Positions 38,051 to 47,781 of a stretch of 64,000 nt of DNA are shown here, piece after piece. The notes under the pieces were generated by a model. The model did not search any database, was not told the DNA's origin, and saw only the letters and a list, made by a program, of their open reading frames with translations. A program made the translations under genes and the position numbers. Every line of letters starts with the position of its first letter. The first letter of the stretch is position 1. This stretch comes from an uncultured bacterium (GTDB lineage Bacteria > Armatimonadota > UBA5829 > DTLH01), in the NCBI GenBank assembly GCA_964497515.1, contig CAZCCV010000007.1:8788-72787 (forward strand), read 5' to 3'.

Positions 38051-38378
38051 ACATTGAGCGCGCGACATTTCACATTATATCTGGTCAGTATATGGAGCAA
38101 CTGAAATGCCTACCGAGCTCTCACTGAGATCGGTGATTCAGCAGTGTTTTTGACACACTCATCTTAAACGCCAGCTGCTCTTGGTTCTAGTGGAGAGCTG
38201 CCTGGAGACTCCGTTTGTCATTTTGAAAATCTCCTCCATTCTTCGCACGATCATTCACGTTGCCAACCAAACAGGATGGCGTCCGACTACAGACACTAGG
38301 GATGACTTGCCTGCAATTGTGGTATTGAGGTATATTTACAATGGCATCGTAGACAAAACCGGATTAACGGAGGTCATC

Positions 38379-39017
38379 TTGAAAAGAAACTACAGTTGGA
38401 CTATGGCCGTAATTCTTCTGGCTGTTGCGATCATCTTTCCCAGAATCACTGCCGGGACACTCCTTGTAAAGTACGACATACTGTTCTGGAACAATTACGG
38501 TGGCGGCTATACAACTGCTGTTATTGCCTTCATCACAAAGATTGTCAGCTTTCTGGTAGCAATCTATGCAATCTATGAAATGATCAGGTATCCAGTCAGG
38601 CGCACAGTGTGGGCCATCATTCTTGTGATATCTGTATCGTCTCTCCTCAGCGTGTCATTTGCGCCGAGAGAGCAGGATATCACGCGTGTGATTGAACGAG
38701 GAAACCGTCTGATTGCCCTTATTGAGTCGTACCACAAAGAGCATCGCGAGTATCCTAGCAACCTTGCACAGCTTCAAGGCGTCCCGCAGACGGGTCTGGT
38801 AAAGGGCCGCAGATTCTTCTACGTTACTGCACATAATGAGCTAGATGATAAAGGAAATTGGTTCCCTGGAACGAGAAAATACCTGGAGAAATCTCCCTAC
38901 GTGATATGCGTCCCCTTGGTTCCAGGTGGGACCCTCGTCTACCGCCCAGACGGCAAGTATACAGATCTTCCGGGCTCTGCACGGCAGGATGGCTGGTACG
39001 GTACGTCAATTGATTAG
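38379..39017 (+). CDS. Membrane protein of unknown function
   Basis: The ORF opens at TTG 38181. The in-frame TTG at 38379 has GGAGG about 5-6 nt upstream and gives MKRNYSWTMAVILLAV... There are about 4 TM helices and then a soluble C-terminal region. Confidence 0.4.
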   Translation: MKRNYSWTMAVILLAVAIIFPRITAGTLLVKYDILFWNNYGGGYTTAVIAFITKIVSFLVAIYAIYEMIRYPVRRTVWAIILVISVSSLLSVSFAPREQDITRVIERGNRLIALIESYHKEHREYPSNLAQLQGVPQTGLVKGRRFFYVTAHNELDDKGNWFPGTRKYLEKSPYVICVPLVPGGTLVYRPDGKYTDLPGSARQDGWYGTSID

Positions 39018-39083
39018 CCGGTCGAGAGGCTTGTCGATGTAAGTATACTTGACCTTAACTGCGTCGGTGATTATGATGACCCT

Positions 39084-39764
39084 GTGAAGCTCTCAATTAT
39101 CATTCCTGTATATAACGAGAAAGCGAACATTGCCGCCGTCATCGATGCCGTCCGGACTGTGGATATGCCAAAGGAGATCATCGTTGTGGACGATGGGTCA
39201 ACCGATGGCACTTCAGAGATACTTGAAAGTTATCGAGATGATGAAACAATCCGCGTGCATTCTTCCGTGCTGAACTTCGGCAAAGGAACAGCTATTCGCG
39301 TTGGGCTCAAATATGCTACAGGCGATATCGTTGTAATTCAAGACGCAGACCTCGAATACGACCCACAACAGATTCCAAAGCTTGTACAACCAATCATCGA
39401 TGGCGAAGCAGACGTTGTCTACGGATCGCGCTTCAGGGGTTCAATCGAAGGGATGAGATTTCCTAACAGGCTTGCCAACTGGATCCTTGCTTTTGCAGCG
39501 AACGTGCTCTACCGTGCGAAGATTACTGATGAAGCAACGTGCTATAAAGCCTTCCGCACTGACATCATAAGGTCACTTCCATTGAAGTGTCAACGCTTCG
39601 AGTTCTGTCCAGAGGTAACAGCCAAGGTGCGTAAACGAGGATTCAAGATTCATGAGATTCCAATACGGTACTCTGGCCGCTCGGTAGCTGACGGAAAAAA
39701 GGTCACGTGGAAAGATGGTTTCGAAGCAATCTGGGCATTGATAAAATACCGATTCATTGACTAA
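39084..39764 (+). CDS. Family 2 glycosyltransferase (polyprenol-phosphate sugar synthase-like)
   Basis: LSIIIPVYNE, VVDDGSTDGT and IQDADLEYDP are the GT2 and DxD motifs. GTG start. Confidence 0.85.
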   Translation: MKLSIIIPVYNEKANIAAVIDAVRTVDMPKEIIVVDDGSTDGTSEILESYRDDETIRVHSSVLNFGKGTAIRVGLKYATGDIVVIQDADLEYDPQQIPKLVQPIIDGEADVVYGSRFRGSIEGMRFPNRLANWILAFAANVLYRAKITDEATCYKAFRTDIIRSLPLKCQRFEFCPEVTAKVRKRGFKIHEIPIRYSGRSVADGKKVTWKDGFEAIWALIKYRFID

Positions 39765-39784
39765 TCGCTCACCAGATGTCCAAG

Positions 39785-40180
39785 CTATGCGTTATTGAAC
39801 GCCCATTTTCTACTTAGGAAGAAGTTCCAGAAGAACACCAGCACTACAGCAACGAGTTTGGCCTGGTTCGGACCTGTGTATTTCGTAACCACGTGCAGAT
39901 AGTGGATAATTAACTCCGTCCATAGGAGCCCAAATCCGACGACTATCAGATACTTGATATAACCCCAATAACTGCGTGCAGTTTTGAACGTTAGACGGCT
40001 ATTCATCATGTAGCCATTGGCAGATCCTACAACAAAGCCACAAGCAGCCGCGACATAGATAATAACCGACATTCTGAGCAACACATTGTATACGATTAGA
40101 TCCATCAGTGTGCTAATGAATCCGACAGCGCCAAACCTAACGATGGAGTATCCAGCAAGTTTCTTGATAATCAAGCTCAT
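39785..40180 (-). CDS. GtrA-family membrane protein
   Basis: 131 aa with 4 TM helices and RFGAVGFISTLMDLIVYN...SRKWAFN, which is typical of GtrA. It overlaps the rlmN stop by 4 nt. Confidence 0.75.
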   Translation of the reverse strand: MSLIIKKLAGYSIVRFGAVGFISTLMDLIVYNVLLRMSVIIYVAAACGFVVGSANGYMMNSRLTFKTARSYWGYIKYLIVVGFGLLWTELIIHYLHVVTKYTGPNQAKLVAVVLVFFWNFFLSRKWAFNNA

Positions 40181-41214
40181 AGGTTAATTGTATCATCTTT
40201 CTTCTTGCTGGTGTGCGCCTTTAGCTGACCACACGCCCCTGCCACTGCCCCACCCTTTTCGTAACGTTGTGACACATCGATTCCATTATCCTCTAGAGCT
40301 TCGCGGAAAGCTACGATATCGGCTGTCGCAGACCGTTTGAAACTCTTTCCAGGTACACGGTTGTACGGAATCAGATTGACGCTAGCGAGCGACCCTTTCA
40401 GCAGCTTTGCTAGTGCCACCGCGTATTTGGGGCTATCGTTGACACCGGAAAGAAGCAAGTACTCGTAAGTCACACGTCGACCGGTAGTCTCGGCATACTC
40501 CCTGCACGTCGCGAGAAGAGGAGCCAGCGGATATCTTGCAGCAAACGGGATCAATTGCCTGCGAAGTTCATCATTCGGTGCGTGAAGTGAGACAGCCAGT
40601 TTGATCTGAAGCTTCTCCTTGCTGAGCGTTCTGATTCGGGGCGTTATTCCAACAGTCGAGAGCGTGATCTTTCTCATTGCAATCCCGACTTCCGCATTCA
40701 ACAGGTGCACCGATTTCAGTGTCTCATCATAATTGAGAAGTGGTTCACCCATCCCCATAAACACAACATTGGATACACGCCTGTCGGCCTGGTTTTGTAG
40801 AGTAAGAACTTGGTCGGTCATCTCACCGGCTGTGAGATTTCGAACAAAGCCGCCTGTTGCCGTTGCACAGAACTCACATCCGGCAACACAGCCTACTTGC
40901 GTGGAGATGCACACTGTCAGACGATCCTCATACGGCAGGAGCACACTTTCTACTCGCTCGCCATCAGCCATTCCAAGAACAAACTTGGTTGTACCGTCAC
41001 GAGAAGCTTCTGTAGCAGCAACGGAGCTTCTGTATATGCTGGAACTCTCGTTAAGCTTGCTCCTAAATGTGGATGGCAGGTTGGTCATCGATGAAAAGTC
41101 GGATGTACCTTTCCGATAGATCCACTCTGCAAGCTGCTGCCCTCTGTACGCAGGCTCGCCGAGCTCAACGCAAAAACGTTGTAGCTCGGCGGTTGTTAAG
41201 CCCAATATCTGCAT
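40177..41214 (-). CDS. rlmN: 23S rRNA/tRNA (adenine-C2)-methyltransferase, radical SAM
   Basis: It has the CxxxCxxC cluster (CVAGCEFCATATGG), MGMGEPLLNYD and the C-terminal GACGQL. Confidence 0.9.
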   Translation of the reverse strand: MQILGLTTAELQRFCVELGEPAYRGQQLAEWIYRKGTSDFSSMTNLPSTFRSKLNESSSIYRSSVAATEASRDGTTKFVLGMADGERVESVLLPYEDRLTVCISTQVGCVAGCEFCATATGGFVRNLTAGEMTDQVLTLQNQADRRVSNVVFMGMGEPLLNYDETLKSVHLLNAEVGIAMRKITLSTVGITPRIRTLSKEKLQIKLAVSLHAPNDELRRQLIPFAARYPLAPLLATCREYAETTGRRVTYEYLLLSGVNDSPKYAVALAKLLKGSLASVNLIPYNRVPGKSFKRSATADIVAFREALEDNGIDVSQRYEKGGAVAGACGQLKAHTSKKKDDTINL

Positions 41215-41235
41215 AAAAGCTGCAATCAGACAGCG

Positions 41236-42957
41236 TTAGGAGAATTCTTCTCCTACAAATACGCGTTTGCAGACCTCATCGGTTGTGGTTACACCTGACA
41301 GGAGTTTCTCGATGGTGTTCTCCCGCATCGTTATCATTCCTGCCTGCACTGCCAACTGCTTGACCTGGTCAGACGATGGCCTTGTGAGAATGAGCCGACG
41401 GATTTCGTCATCGAGTGTCATTAACTCGGCAACGGCAATTCGCCCCTGATAACCACTTCCATCACAGTGACTGCACCCCTGTCCTCGATACATTTCGATC
41501 TCACTCGCCTGATCGCTTAAACCGAATGGAGCGAGCTCTTCCGGTGTCGGCGTGTACGGTGCCTTGCACCGCGGACAAACCACTCTGACCAACCGCTGTG
41601 CTACTACACCGATAACAGACGATCCGATAAGGAACGGTTCAACGCCCATATCGGTCAACCGTGTTACAGCGCTGGCAGCGTCATTGCAGTGAAGCGTTGA
41701 GAGTACAAGGTGTCCAGTCATCGCTGCTCGGAACGCAATCTCTGCAGTCTCCATGTCTCGAATCTCTCCGACTAGGATAATATCCGGGTCTTGGCGGAGT
41801 ATTGAGCGGAGTTGTGCAGCGAATGTCAGACCTGCTCTAACGTTAATTGCTGACTGATTAATTCCCTCCAGTTCATACTCGATAGGATCTTCACAGGTCA
41901 TAATGTTGACGTCAGGCGATCTCAGCTTCATAAGGCTGGCGTAGAGCGTCGTAGTCTTTCCACTTCCTGTAGGTCCGGTTACCAGTATTATACCATAAGG
42001 CTTTTTGATCAGAGACTCATAGCCCTCCAAATCGTGTTCTGTAAATCCGATCTGCTCGAATTCAAATTTTTGGGCAGATTTGTCCAGAACTCTAAGAACT
42101 ACTCGTTCTCCATACTGTACTGGAAGAGTAGATACACGAAGGTCAATTACACGGTTGTTTATACGAACGGCAATGCGTCCATCCTGAGGCATACGGCGTT
42201 CTGCTATATCGAGATCGGCCATAACCTTAACTCTGGAAGCCACCGCGGGCTGAAGAGATTTTGGGATGTTTCTAATATGATGCAGAGCGCCGTCTATACG
42301 GTAGCGAACCTCCATATGGTTCTGCCGTGGCTCGAGATGGATATCACTCGCCCGTCTTTTGACGGCCTCTTGCAGCATCAGGTTGACCGTGCGGATAATC
42401 GGCGCTTGGCCACTCTGCCGTTTGACTTCGTCGACCTCCTGCAAAGTCTCCTCTTCCTGCACCGAAATATCAGCATCACTGACAGCCTCTCGCATGGTAT
42501 CAGCAATATCAGCGCCGCCCAACGAACCATAGACCTTATCCAGCGTAGATGCAATTCGAGACTCGCTCGAAAGCAACGGTTCGATTCGCTTTCTAGTCTC
42601 CCTTTGCACTGCGTCAATCGCTTCGACATCTAAAGGGTTGGTCATTGCAACAGCCAGTCTGCCATCGCTCGCACAAACCGGCACGAGGCGATATGTTCTT
42701 GCGATCGGCTCTGGAACCAAGCGGACAACTTGTGGGTCGATGCTATAATCACCAAGCTGAATATGCGCTATATCGAGCTGCAGTGCTCGAGCCTCAGCAA
42801 TGTCATCCTCGTTCAATAGTCCGGCATCTGTTAGAACTTCGCCAAGTCTCTTATATGTAGTGCGCTGTTCCTGAAGAGCCCATTCCAATTGCTCTTCATC
42901 CAGCAATCCAGCGGAAACCAGAATATCTCCGAGCCTCTTTTTATAGAACGCTTGCAT
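41236..42957 (-). CDS. GspE/PilB/MshE-family secretion ATPase with N-terminal MshEN (c-di-GMP-binding type) domain
   Basis: It has a Walker A (GPTGSGKTTT), a Walker B (ILVGEIRD), a His box (TGHLVLSTLH) and a tetra-Cys Zn site (CPRC...CSHC). The N-terminus RLGDILVSAGLLDEEQLEWALQEQ-RTTYK-RLGEVLTDAGLLNEDDIAEARALQ forms two MshEN-type motifs. Confidence 0.88.
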   Translation of the reverse strand: MQAFYKKRLGDILVSAGLLDEEQLEWALQEQRTTYKRLGEVLTDAGLLNEDDIAEARALQLDIAHIQLGDYSIDPQVVRLVPEPIARTYRLVPVCASDGRLAVAMTNPLDVEAIDAVQRETRKRIEPLLSSESRIASTLDKVYGSLGGADIADTMREAVSDADISVQEEETLQEVDEVKRQSGQAPIIRTVNLMLQEAVKRRASDIHLEPRQNHMEVRYRIDGALHHIRNIPKSLQPAVASRVKVMADLDIAERRMPQDGRIAVRINNRVIDLRVSTLPVQYGERVVLRVLDKSAQKFEFEQIGFTEHDLEGYESLIKKPYGIILVTGPTGSGKTTTLYASLMKLRSPDVNIMTCEDPIEYELEGINQSAINVRAGLTFAAQLRSILRQDPDIILVGEIRDMETAEIAFRAAMTGHLVLSTLHCNDAASAVTRLTDMGVEPFLIGSSVIGVVAQRLVRVVCPRCKAPYTPTPEELAPFGLSDQASEIEMYRGQGCSHCDGSGYQGRIAVAELMTLDDEIRRLILTRPSSDQVKQLAVQAGMITMRENTIEKLLSGVTTTDEVCKRVFVGEEFS

Positions 42958-43601
42958 TACATATCCCCCACGATATCAATTATTCGATCGGGTATACTCC
43001 ACAACGGAACCGATTCATCCACTACCCCAGCGTCTACCGCGAGACGAGGCATGTCGTAAACGATAGATGATGATTCATCCTGCGCCAGCGTTTTTCCACC
43101 CTTCTCGCGAATTGCGCGAAGACCGTCTTTGCCATCATCGCCGATGCCAGTGAGAAGAACACCGATAGTTCTTGGCCCAAACGCTGCTGCGGCCGAAGCC
43201 ATCGTTTCAGAGACCCGCTTCCGCATCTTTTCGATAGATGCGCCCACGTCCTCTACTTTAACAGAGTGCGTGATTATCGAAGGTGTCTCTGTTGTTTGAA
43301 CGGTAAGATAAGTCTCTCCGGGGGCAATGAGGGCTGACCCGGATCTGATGGTCTGACTGTCTTCTGCTTCCTCAACCTCAAGTTCCGACAGACCATTCAG
43401 TTGTCGCGCAAGAAGTCTGGTAAAACCGGGCCTCATCTGCTGAACAACTATTACTGAAGCTTGGAAACCCGCTGGAAACTGGGGGATGATCTGTGCCAGG
43501 GCCGTCGGGCCCCCGGTGGTTGCGCCGATTACAACTACTGCTCGTGGAGAATATACTCGGCCGTTAGTATTCTCCCGAGACTCTTGCGTTAACTGCTGCA
43601 T
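42957..43601 (-). CDS. CheB-methylesterase-domain protein without receiver domain; catalytic Ser and His substituted
   Basis: It aligns by eye to the CheB catalytic domain. IGATTGGP replaces IGASTGG (Ser to Thr). VQQMRPGFT replaces TQHMPPGFT (His to Gln). GIGDDG retains the Asp. Its stop overlaps the ATPase start (TAATG). Confidence 0.75.
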   Translation of the reverse strand: MQQLTQESRENTNGRVYSPRAVVVIGATTGGPTALAQIIPQFPAGFQASVIVVQQMRPGFTRLLARQLNGLSELEVEEAEDSQTIRSGSALIAPGETYLTVQTTETPSIITHSVKVEDVGASIEKMRKRVSETMASAAAAFGPRTIGVLLTGIGDDGKDGLRAIREKGGKTLAQDESSSIVYDMPRLAVDAGVVDESVPLWSIPDRIIDIVGDM

Positions 43602-43690
43602 AACTCACTCCGCTTGTTTCAGGCGGCGGAGGAGTTGCGCCTCCGCTCAGCCAGCCACTATATGTGATTTCAGGCACGGAATCAGAATAC

Positions 43691-44548
43691 TCATCGCTCG
43701 GCCTCTACAACAATTTTCTGGCCGTCAGTCCGGACTGTTATCGTGCCATTCCTATCAGTCCTAAATAGCGATGCTCCGGTGTGTTCTGTTGCAAGCCTGC
43801 TAAGAGTGCTTTTGTCGGGCTCACCGGCTTTTGCAGAAATAATGCAATACTGTGGCCGAACGAGCCTGAGAAACTCAAGAGATGTGCTGTCTGCTTTGCC
43901 ATGATAGGCAACTTTCAGCACCTCAGACTCAATGTCCACATGACTTGCGATCAGACTCGCTTCTCCCTCACGCCTGATATCTCCAGGCAGGAGAACTCTT
44001 ACCCTCCCATATACTAATCGAACAACTACAGAATTGTTAGCCGAATCCGATACAGTACCGTGGAGCTGTTGCTCGCTAGGAGCCAACACCTCCAACCTCG
44101 CCTGTGAATCCAACCTGAACTCCATACCTCTCACAGCACGGTGATAAGGTATATTCTGATCTTCTATCGTCTTCAGAACTTTCCGGTGCAGATCGGAATC
44201 GCCTAAATATCCACTGTCCAGCACTCCGTAAACTGGGAACGCCTTGAGCACATCTGGCATACCGCCCAAATGGTCTCTCTCCGGATGGGTCATTACGACC
44301 AAATCGAGTCGTTTGATACCCAGCCTGCGAAGGTAGTCAACTATGCCTTCACCACACGATGGACCACCTGCGTCGACCAGTGCAGTCGCACCCTCTGGGG
44401 TGCGAATTAGCACACAGTCTCCCTGTCCTACGTTCATAAACTCAATACAAACCGCAGGTCCTAGAGAGACTGTAGGCTCCTTAAACCCAAGCCATGTTCC
44501 CAGCGCAAGCGCTGTGACCAGTAGTATTATCGGCACAAGGTAGCGCAT
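43691..44548 (-). CDS. Membrane-anchored MBL-fold hydrolase, ComEC C-terminal-domain-like
   Basis: An N-terminal TM helix is followed by FMNVGQGDCVLIRTPEGATALVDAG and VVMTHPERDHLGG (the HxxxDH motif), with ISAKAG near the end. Confidence 0.75.
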   Translation of the reverse strand: MRYLVPIILLVTALALGTWLGFKEPTVSLGPAVCIEFMNVGQGDCVLIRTPEGATALVDAGGPSCGEGIVDYLRRLGIKRLDLVVMTHPERDHLGGMPDVLKAFPVYGVLDSGYLGDSDLHRKVLKTIEDQNIPYHRAVRGMEFRLDSQARLEVLAPSEQQLHGTVSDSANNSVVVRLVYGRVRVLLPGDIRREGEASLIASHVDIESEVLKVAYHGKADSTSLEFLRLVRPQYCIISAKAGEPDKSTLSRLATEHTGASLFRTDRNGTITVRTDGQKIVVEAER

Positions 44549-44701
44549 ATTCTAATTGAATCTGATCCTGGTTTCATTTAGCATTCTCTCGACCGCACCT
44601 CTATGGTAATCGCGATCACTTGTTCAGTCAAACAATAGGAGCAGAAATAGTGTGAAATGTGCGGATTGGATGACGAATCAATACAGGTTACAGTAATGAC
44701 A

Positions 44702-44737
44702 ATCAGGGGTCGAAAGCATCTGTTTCCGACCCCTGAT
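44702..44737 (-). terminator. Strong hairpin downstream of the porin gene (weak U-tract)
   Basis: 11-bp perfect stem ATCAGGGGTCG/CGACCCCTGAT, 33 nt after the stop at 44770. Confidence 0.4.
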
Positions 44738-44769
44738 CCACCAACAACTATCTAAGAGTTCTTCAGCAA

Positions 44770-45897
44770 TTAGAAGCTTACAAACAACTCAACGAATCCG
44801 ATGTTGTTCTTGACCCCAATGCCTGTATCACTATCTTCTTTGTTGATCTCATACTCATACTGCACCCACATACCTTTTCGGATTGGTTGCACGGCAGACA
44901 GTGTAATCTGCTTGAGATCCCAAGACAACTGGTTAGCAGTCTTTGCGACGTCGAACGTCTGTCGCGAGTATCGTGCGTAGAACTTCCAACTGTCGGCAGA
45001 CTCGTAGCCAAGCAGAACGTTCCAAGCGTCGGAACCGAGTTCACTGATCTTAGCATCATAGTACTCGCCCTGAGCAAGCAATCCTGAAGGACACTTGAGC
45101 TGAAGATCCGCTCCGAGCAGACGACGTGTCTTAGATGTCGTCGAAGCTGGGAGCAATGACGGTGTACCGCCAGGTGTCAGCGGATTAGTAGCCGATGAGG
45201 TAGTGAGGTTCACCAGATCTCGGTCATCGATGCTACCGAACAGCCCGGAGACACCACCTTTGATGCGTCCATCGTTCCACTTGCCAACGATTCTGGCACT
45301 TACGGCCAACCTCTGGCTCATATCGTTCTGTGTATCTCTAAGTGCAAGGTGCTTTACCGTATGGTCGGCAGCTCGCGCAGATTCTGCCTGCACATCACCG
45401 ATAGGTCTTGACCCTAGTCTCAGCGACTGGTGAATAGATACACCGAAATCGAGCGACTCTTTTTGCACTAGGTACTGCGCACCCTGAATCCTGTCCTGCG
45501 TAAACGACTCGGCACCTGGACTATAATTGCTGGTTTTTCTGTTTCCCAATGTCGGAGTCAGCCCGAAAGTGAAATTTCGGCCTTTTCCTACACGAAGCCG
45601 TCCCATACCGACAGGAGTCTCATAGTAAGTGCTGTCTACCAGAACGGCGTTGTTGGACAGCGATGGATGATACTGCAACTCAGCATAAGCTATGCTGTCG
45701 TTCGGCAGATTGGCCTTGGCACAGAGTGCCAACCTCTCAGCCCTGAATTGTAGTGTTGATCCCTCAGGAATGTACACCCGGTTCTGCATATAGCCAGTAA
45801 CCTGGATGCGGGGTGCAGCTTCCTCGGCCACTACGGCGGCGCATATGCCGAGCAATACGACAATTGCAGCCACTACAAGAGTCTTTCTTGAAACCAA
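44770..45897 (-). CDS. Porin-like outer-membrane beta-barrel protein
   Basis: It has a signal peptide, alternating beta-strand patterns throughout, and the C-terminal VELFVSF with a terminal Phe. Confidence 0.55.
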   Translation of the reverse strand: MVSRKTLVVAAIVVLLGICAAVVAEEAAPRIQVTGYMQNRVYIPEGSTLQFRAERLALCAKANLPNDSIAYAELQYHPSLSNNAVLVDSTYYETPVGMGRLRVGKGRNFTFGLTPTLGNRKTSNYSPGAESFTQDRIQGAQYLVQKESLDFGVSIHQSLRLGSRPIGDVQAESARAADHTVKHLALRDTQNDMSQRLAVSARIVGKWNDGRIKGGVSGLFGSIDDRDLVNLTTSSATNPLTPGGTPSLLPASTTSKTRRLLGADLQLKCPSGLLAQGEYYDAKISELGSDAWNVLLGYESADSWKFYARYSRQTFDVAKTANQLSWDLKQITLSAVQPIRKGMWVQYEYEINKEDSDTGIGVKNNIGFVELFVSF

Positions 45898-45983
45898 TAC
45901 CTTTCCTCCTAATCAGCGTCTATGCGATCATATGTGAAACTATTATCGGTAGACGCAACAATAATCTGTTCATTGCATTAGCA

Positions 45984-46415
45984 TCAAATAGCGTGCAAAG
46001 CGTCACCGGGCAGGATTCTCGCACCACCTTCCTGCAGAGCAGAAATAGCTTCAGCGACCGGATCGATTCTGAACACCACAATGGCGTTCTTGCCAGAAGT
46101 CCCAACGAATGCATACATATACTCTATGTTCAGATTCTTTGCAGAAAGCATATCGATGATGCCGGCTAGCCCTCCCGGTTCGTCAGGAACCTCCACAGCA
46201 AGAACCTCAGTCTGCTTGACCGTGAACCCACCTTCGGCAAGCACTTCTGATGCGTGTTTTGGGTCGTCGACAATCAATCTCAACAACCCATAGTCCAAAG
46301 TATCCGCAATTGATAGCGCTCGGATATTGACGTTGTTATCCGCAAGCGCACGAGTAACGTCGGACAATCTGCCTGACTTGTTTTCTAAGAAAACCGTAAG
46401 CTGGTTGACTCTCAT
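45984..46415 (-). CDS. ACT-domain protein (tandem ACT)
   Basis: 143 aa. [35 protein letters not shown] is typical of ACT. It overlaps the paaK stop by 4 nt. Confidence 0.75.
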   Translation of the reverse strand: MRVNQLTVFLENKSGRLSDVTRALADNNVNIRALSIADTLDYGLLRLIVDDPKHASEVLAEGGFTVKQTEVLAVEVPDEPGGLAGIIDMLSAKNLNIEYMYAFVGTSGKNAIVVFRIDPVAEAISALQEGGARILPGDALHAI

Positions 46416-47722
46416 TTTTGTAAGTCCCTCCGATCGATGACTCTCTTGGACTTGCCTTCACTTCTGGCAATAGTCTTCGGTTCGACTAATCTGACTCGAA
46501 GTGAAATACTGAGCATACTTTCGAGTTCCGCAACGATCTTGCGCTCAATAGACTCCATCCGCCGGACTTCGTCAGACACCATATCTGGCGATACTTCGAC
46601 CCATATCTCCAATTGGTCCATTCGGCCTAGCTCGCGGTCGACAACAATTGCATAATGAGGTTCCGTTCCCTCGACACCGACCAGCACCGCCTCGATTTGG
46701 GATGGAAATACGTTCACTCCGCGGATAATGAGCATATCGTCAGTTCTTCCAAGCACCCTGCTCATCCTGCAGAACACTCTACCACATTCGCACAATGAAT
46801 CATTGATAAAGGTAACGTCGCGGGTTCGATACCTGAGCAGCGGCAATGCCTCTTTGGTAAGTGAAGTAAAAACGAGCTCGCCTTTCGCCCCAGCAGGAAG
46901 AGACTCGCCAGTTGCAGGGTCTATAATCTCGGGGAAGAAATGATCTTCGGCAACGTGCAGCCCGGACTTTTCCATACACTCATACGACACACCAGGCCCT
47001 ATGACCTCAGAAAGCCCGTAGATGTCCAGCGCGTCGATGCCCAGCTTGTTTTCGATCTCCTGCCGCATAACGTCAGACCACGGTTCAGCACCGAAAAACC
47101 CCGCCTTAAGTGGCAGAGCTGCAGCATTAATCCCCTGCTCCGCGGCAGCTTCTGCCAAAAGAACCGCATACGACGGAGTACAACACAGAACCGTGCTGCC
47201 AAAATCCTGCATTAACTGCAACTGACGCACCGTATTGCCGCCCGAAATCGGCACCACCGAGGCACCGATACGTTCTGCGCCGTAGTGTGCGCCGAGGCCA
47301 CCAGTAAAGAGCCCGTAGCCATAGGCGTTCTGTACGACATCGCCTCTAACGGTGCCCCCCGCACCAAGAGTGCGAGCCATAACTTCAGCCCAGACTTCTA
47401 TATCGTTTCTGGTGTAACCTACGACAGTCTGTTTTCCTGTGGTTCCGGAACTCGCGTGGATTCGGACAACCTGATCCAGCGGAACAGCAAACATTCCGAA
47501 CGGATAGTTCTCTCTGAAGTCTTCTTTCGTGGTAAAGGGGATCTTCGAAATATCGTCTATGGTCTGGATATCGTTTGGTGATAGCCCTATACTGTCAAAC
47601 TTTTTGCGATAAAGTGGTACATTATTATACGCACGAGTTACTGTCTCCCTCAAGCGCTCTCCCTGCAGTTTTCGCAGTTCGTCTTCGTGCATACACTCAA
47701 CTTCTTTATTCCAATAGTACAT
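46412..47722 (-). CDS. paaK: Phenylacetate-CoA ligase family protein
   Basis: 436 aa with the AMP-binding [10 protein letters not shown] and YGLSE, plus a PaaK-like N-terminus (YWNKE...LRKLQGERL). Confidence 0.85.
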   Translation of the reverse strand: MYYWNKEVECMHEDELRKLQGERLRETVTRAYNNVPLYRKKFDSIGLSPNDIQTIDDISKIPFTTKEDFRENYPFGMFAVPLDQVVRIHASSGTTGKQTVVGYTRNDIEVWAEVMARTLGAGGTVRGDVVQNAYGYGLFTGGLGAHYGAERIGASVVPISGGNTVRQLQLMQDFGSTVLCCTPSYAVLLAEAAAEQGINAAALPLKAGFFGAEPWSDVMRQEIENKLGIDALDIYGLSEVIGPGVSYECMEKSGLHVAEDHFFPEIIDPATGESLPAGAKGELVFTSLTKEALPLLRYRTRDVTFINDSLCECGRVFCRMSRVLGRTDDMLIIRGVNVFPSQIEAVLVGVEGTEPHYAIVVDRELGRMDQLEIWVEVSPDMVSDEVRRMESIERKIVAELESMLSISLRVRLVEPKTIARSEGKSKRVIDRRDLQK

Positions 47723-47781
47723 CCGATTTCTACCCTGTCTCGACCTACAACACTGTAACAGTCTTCATTACTTTCGGTTGA

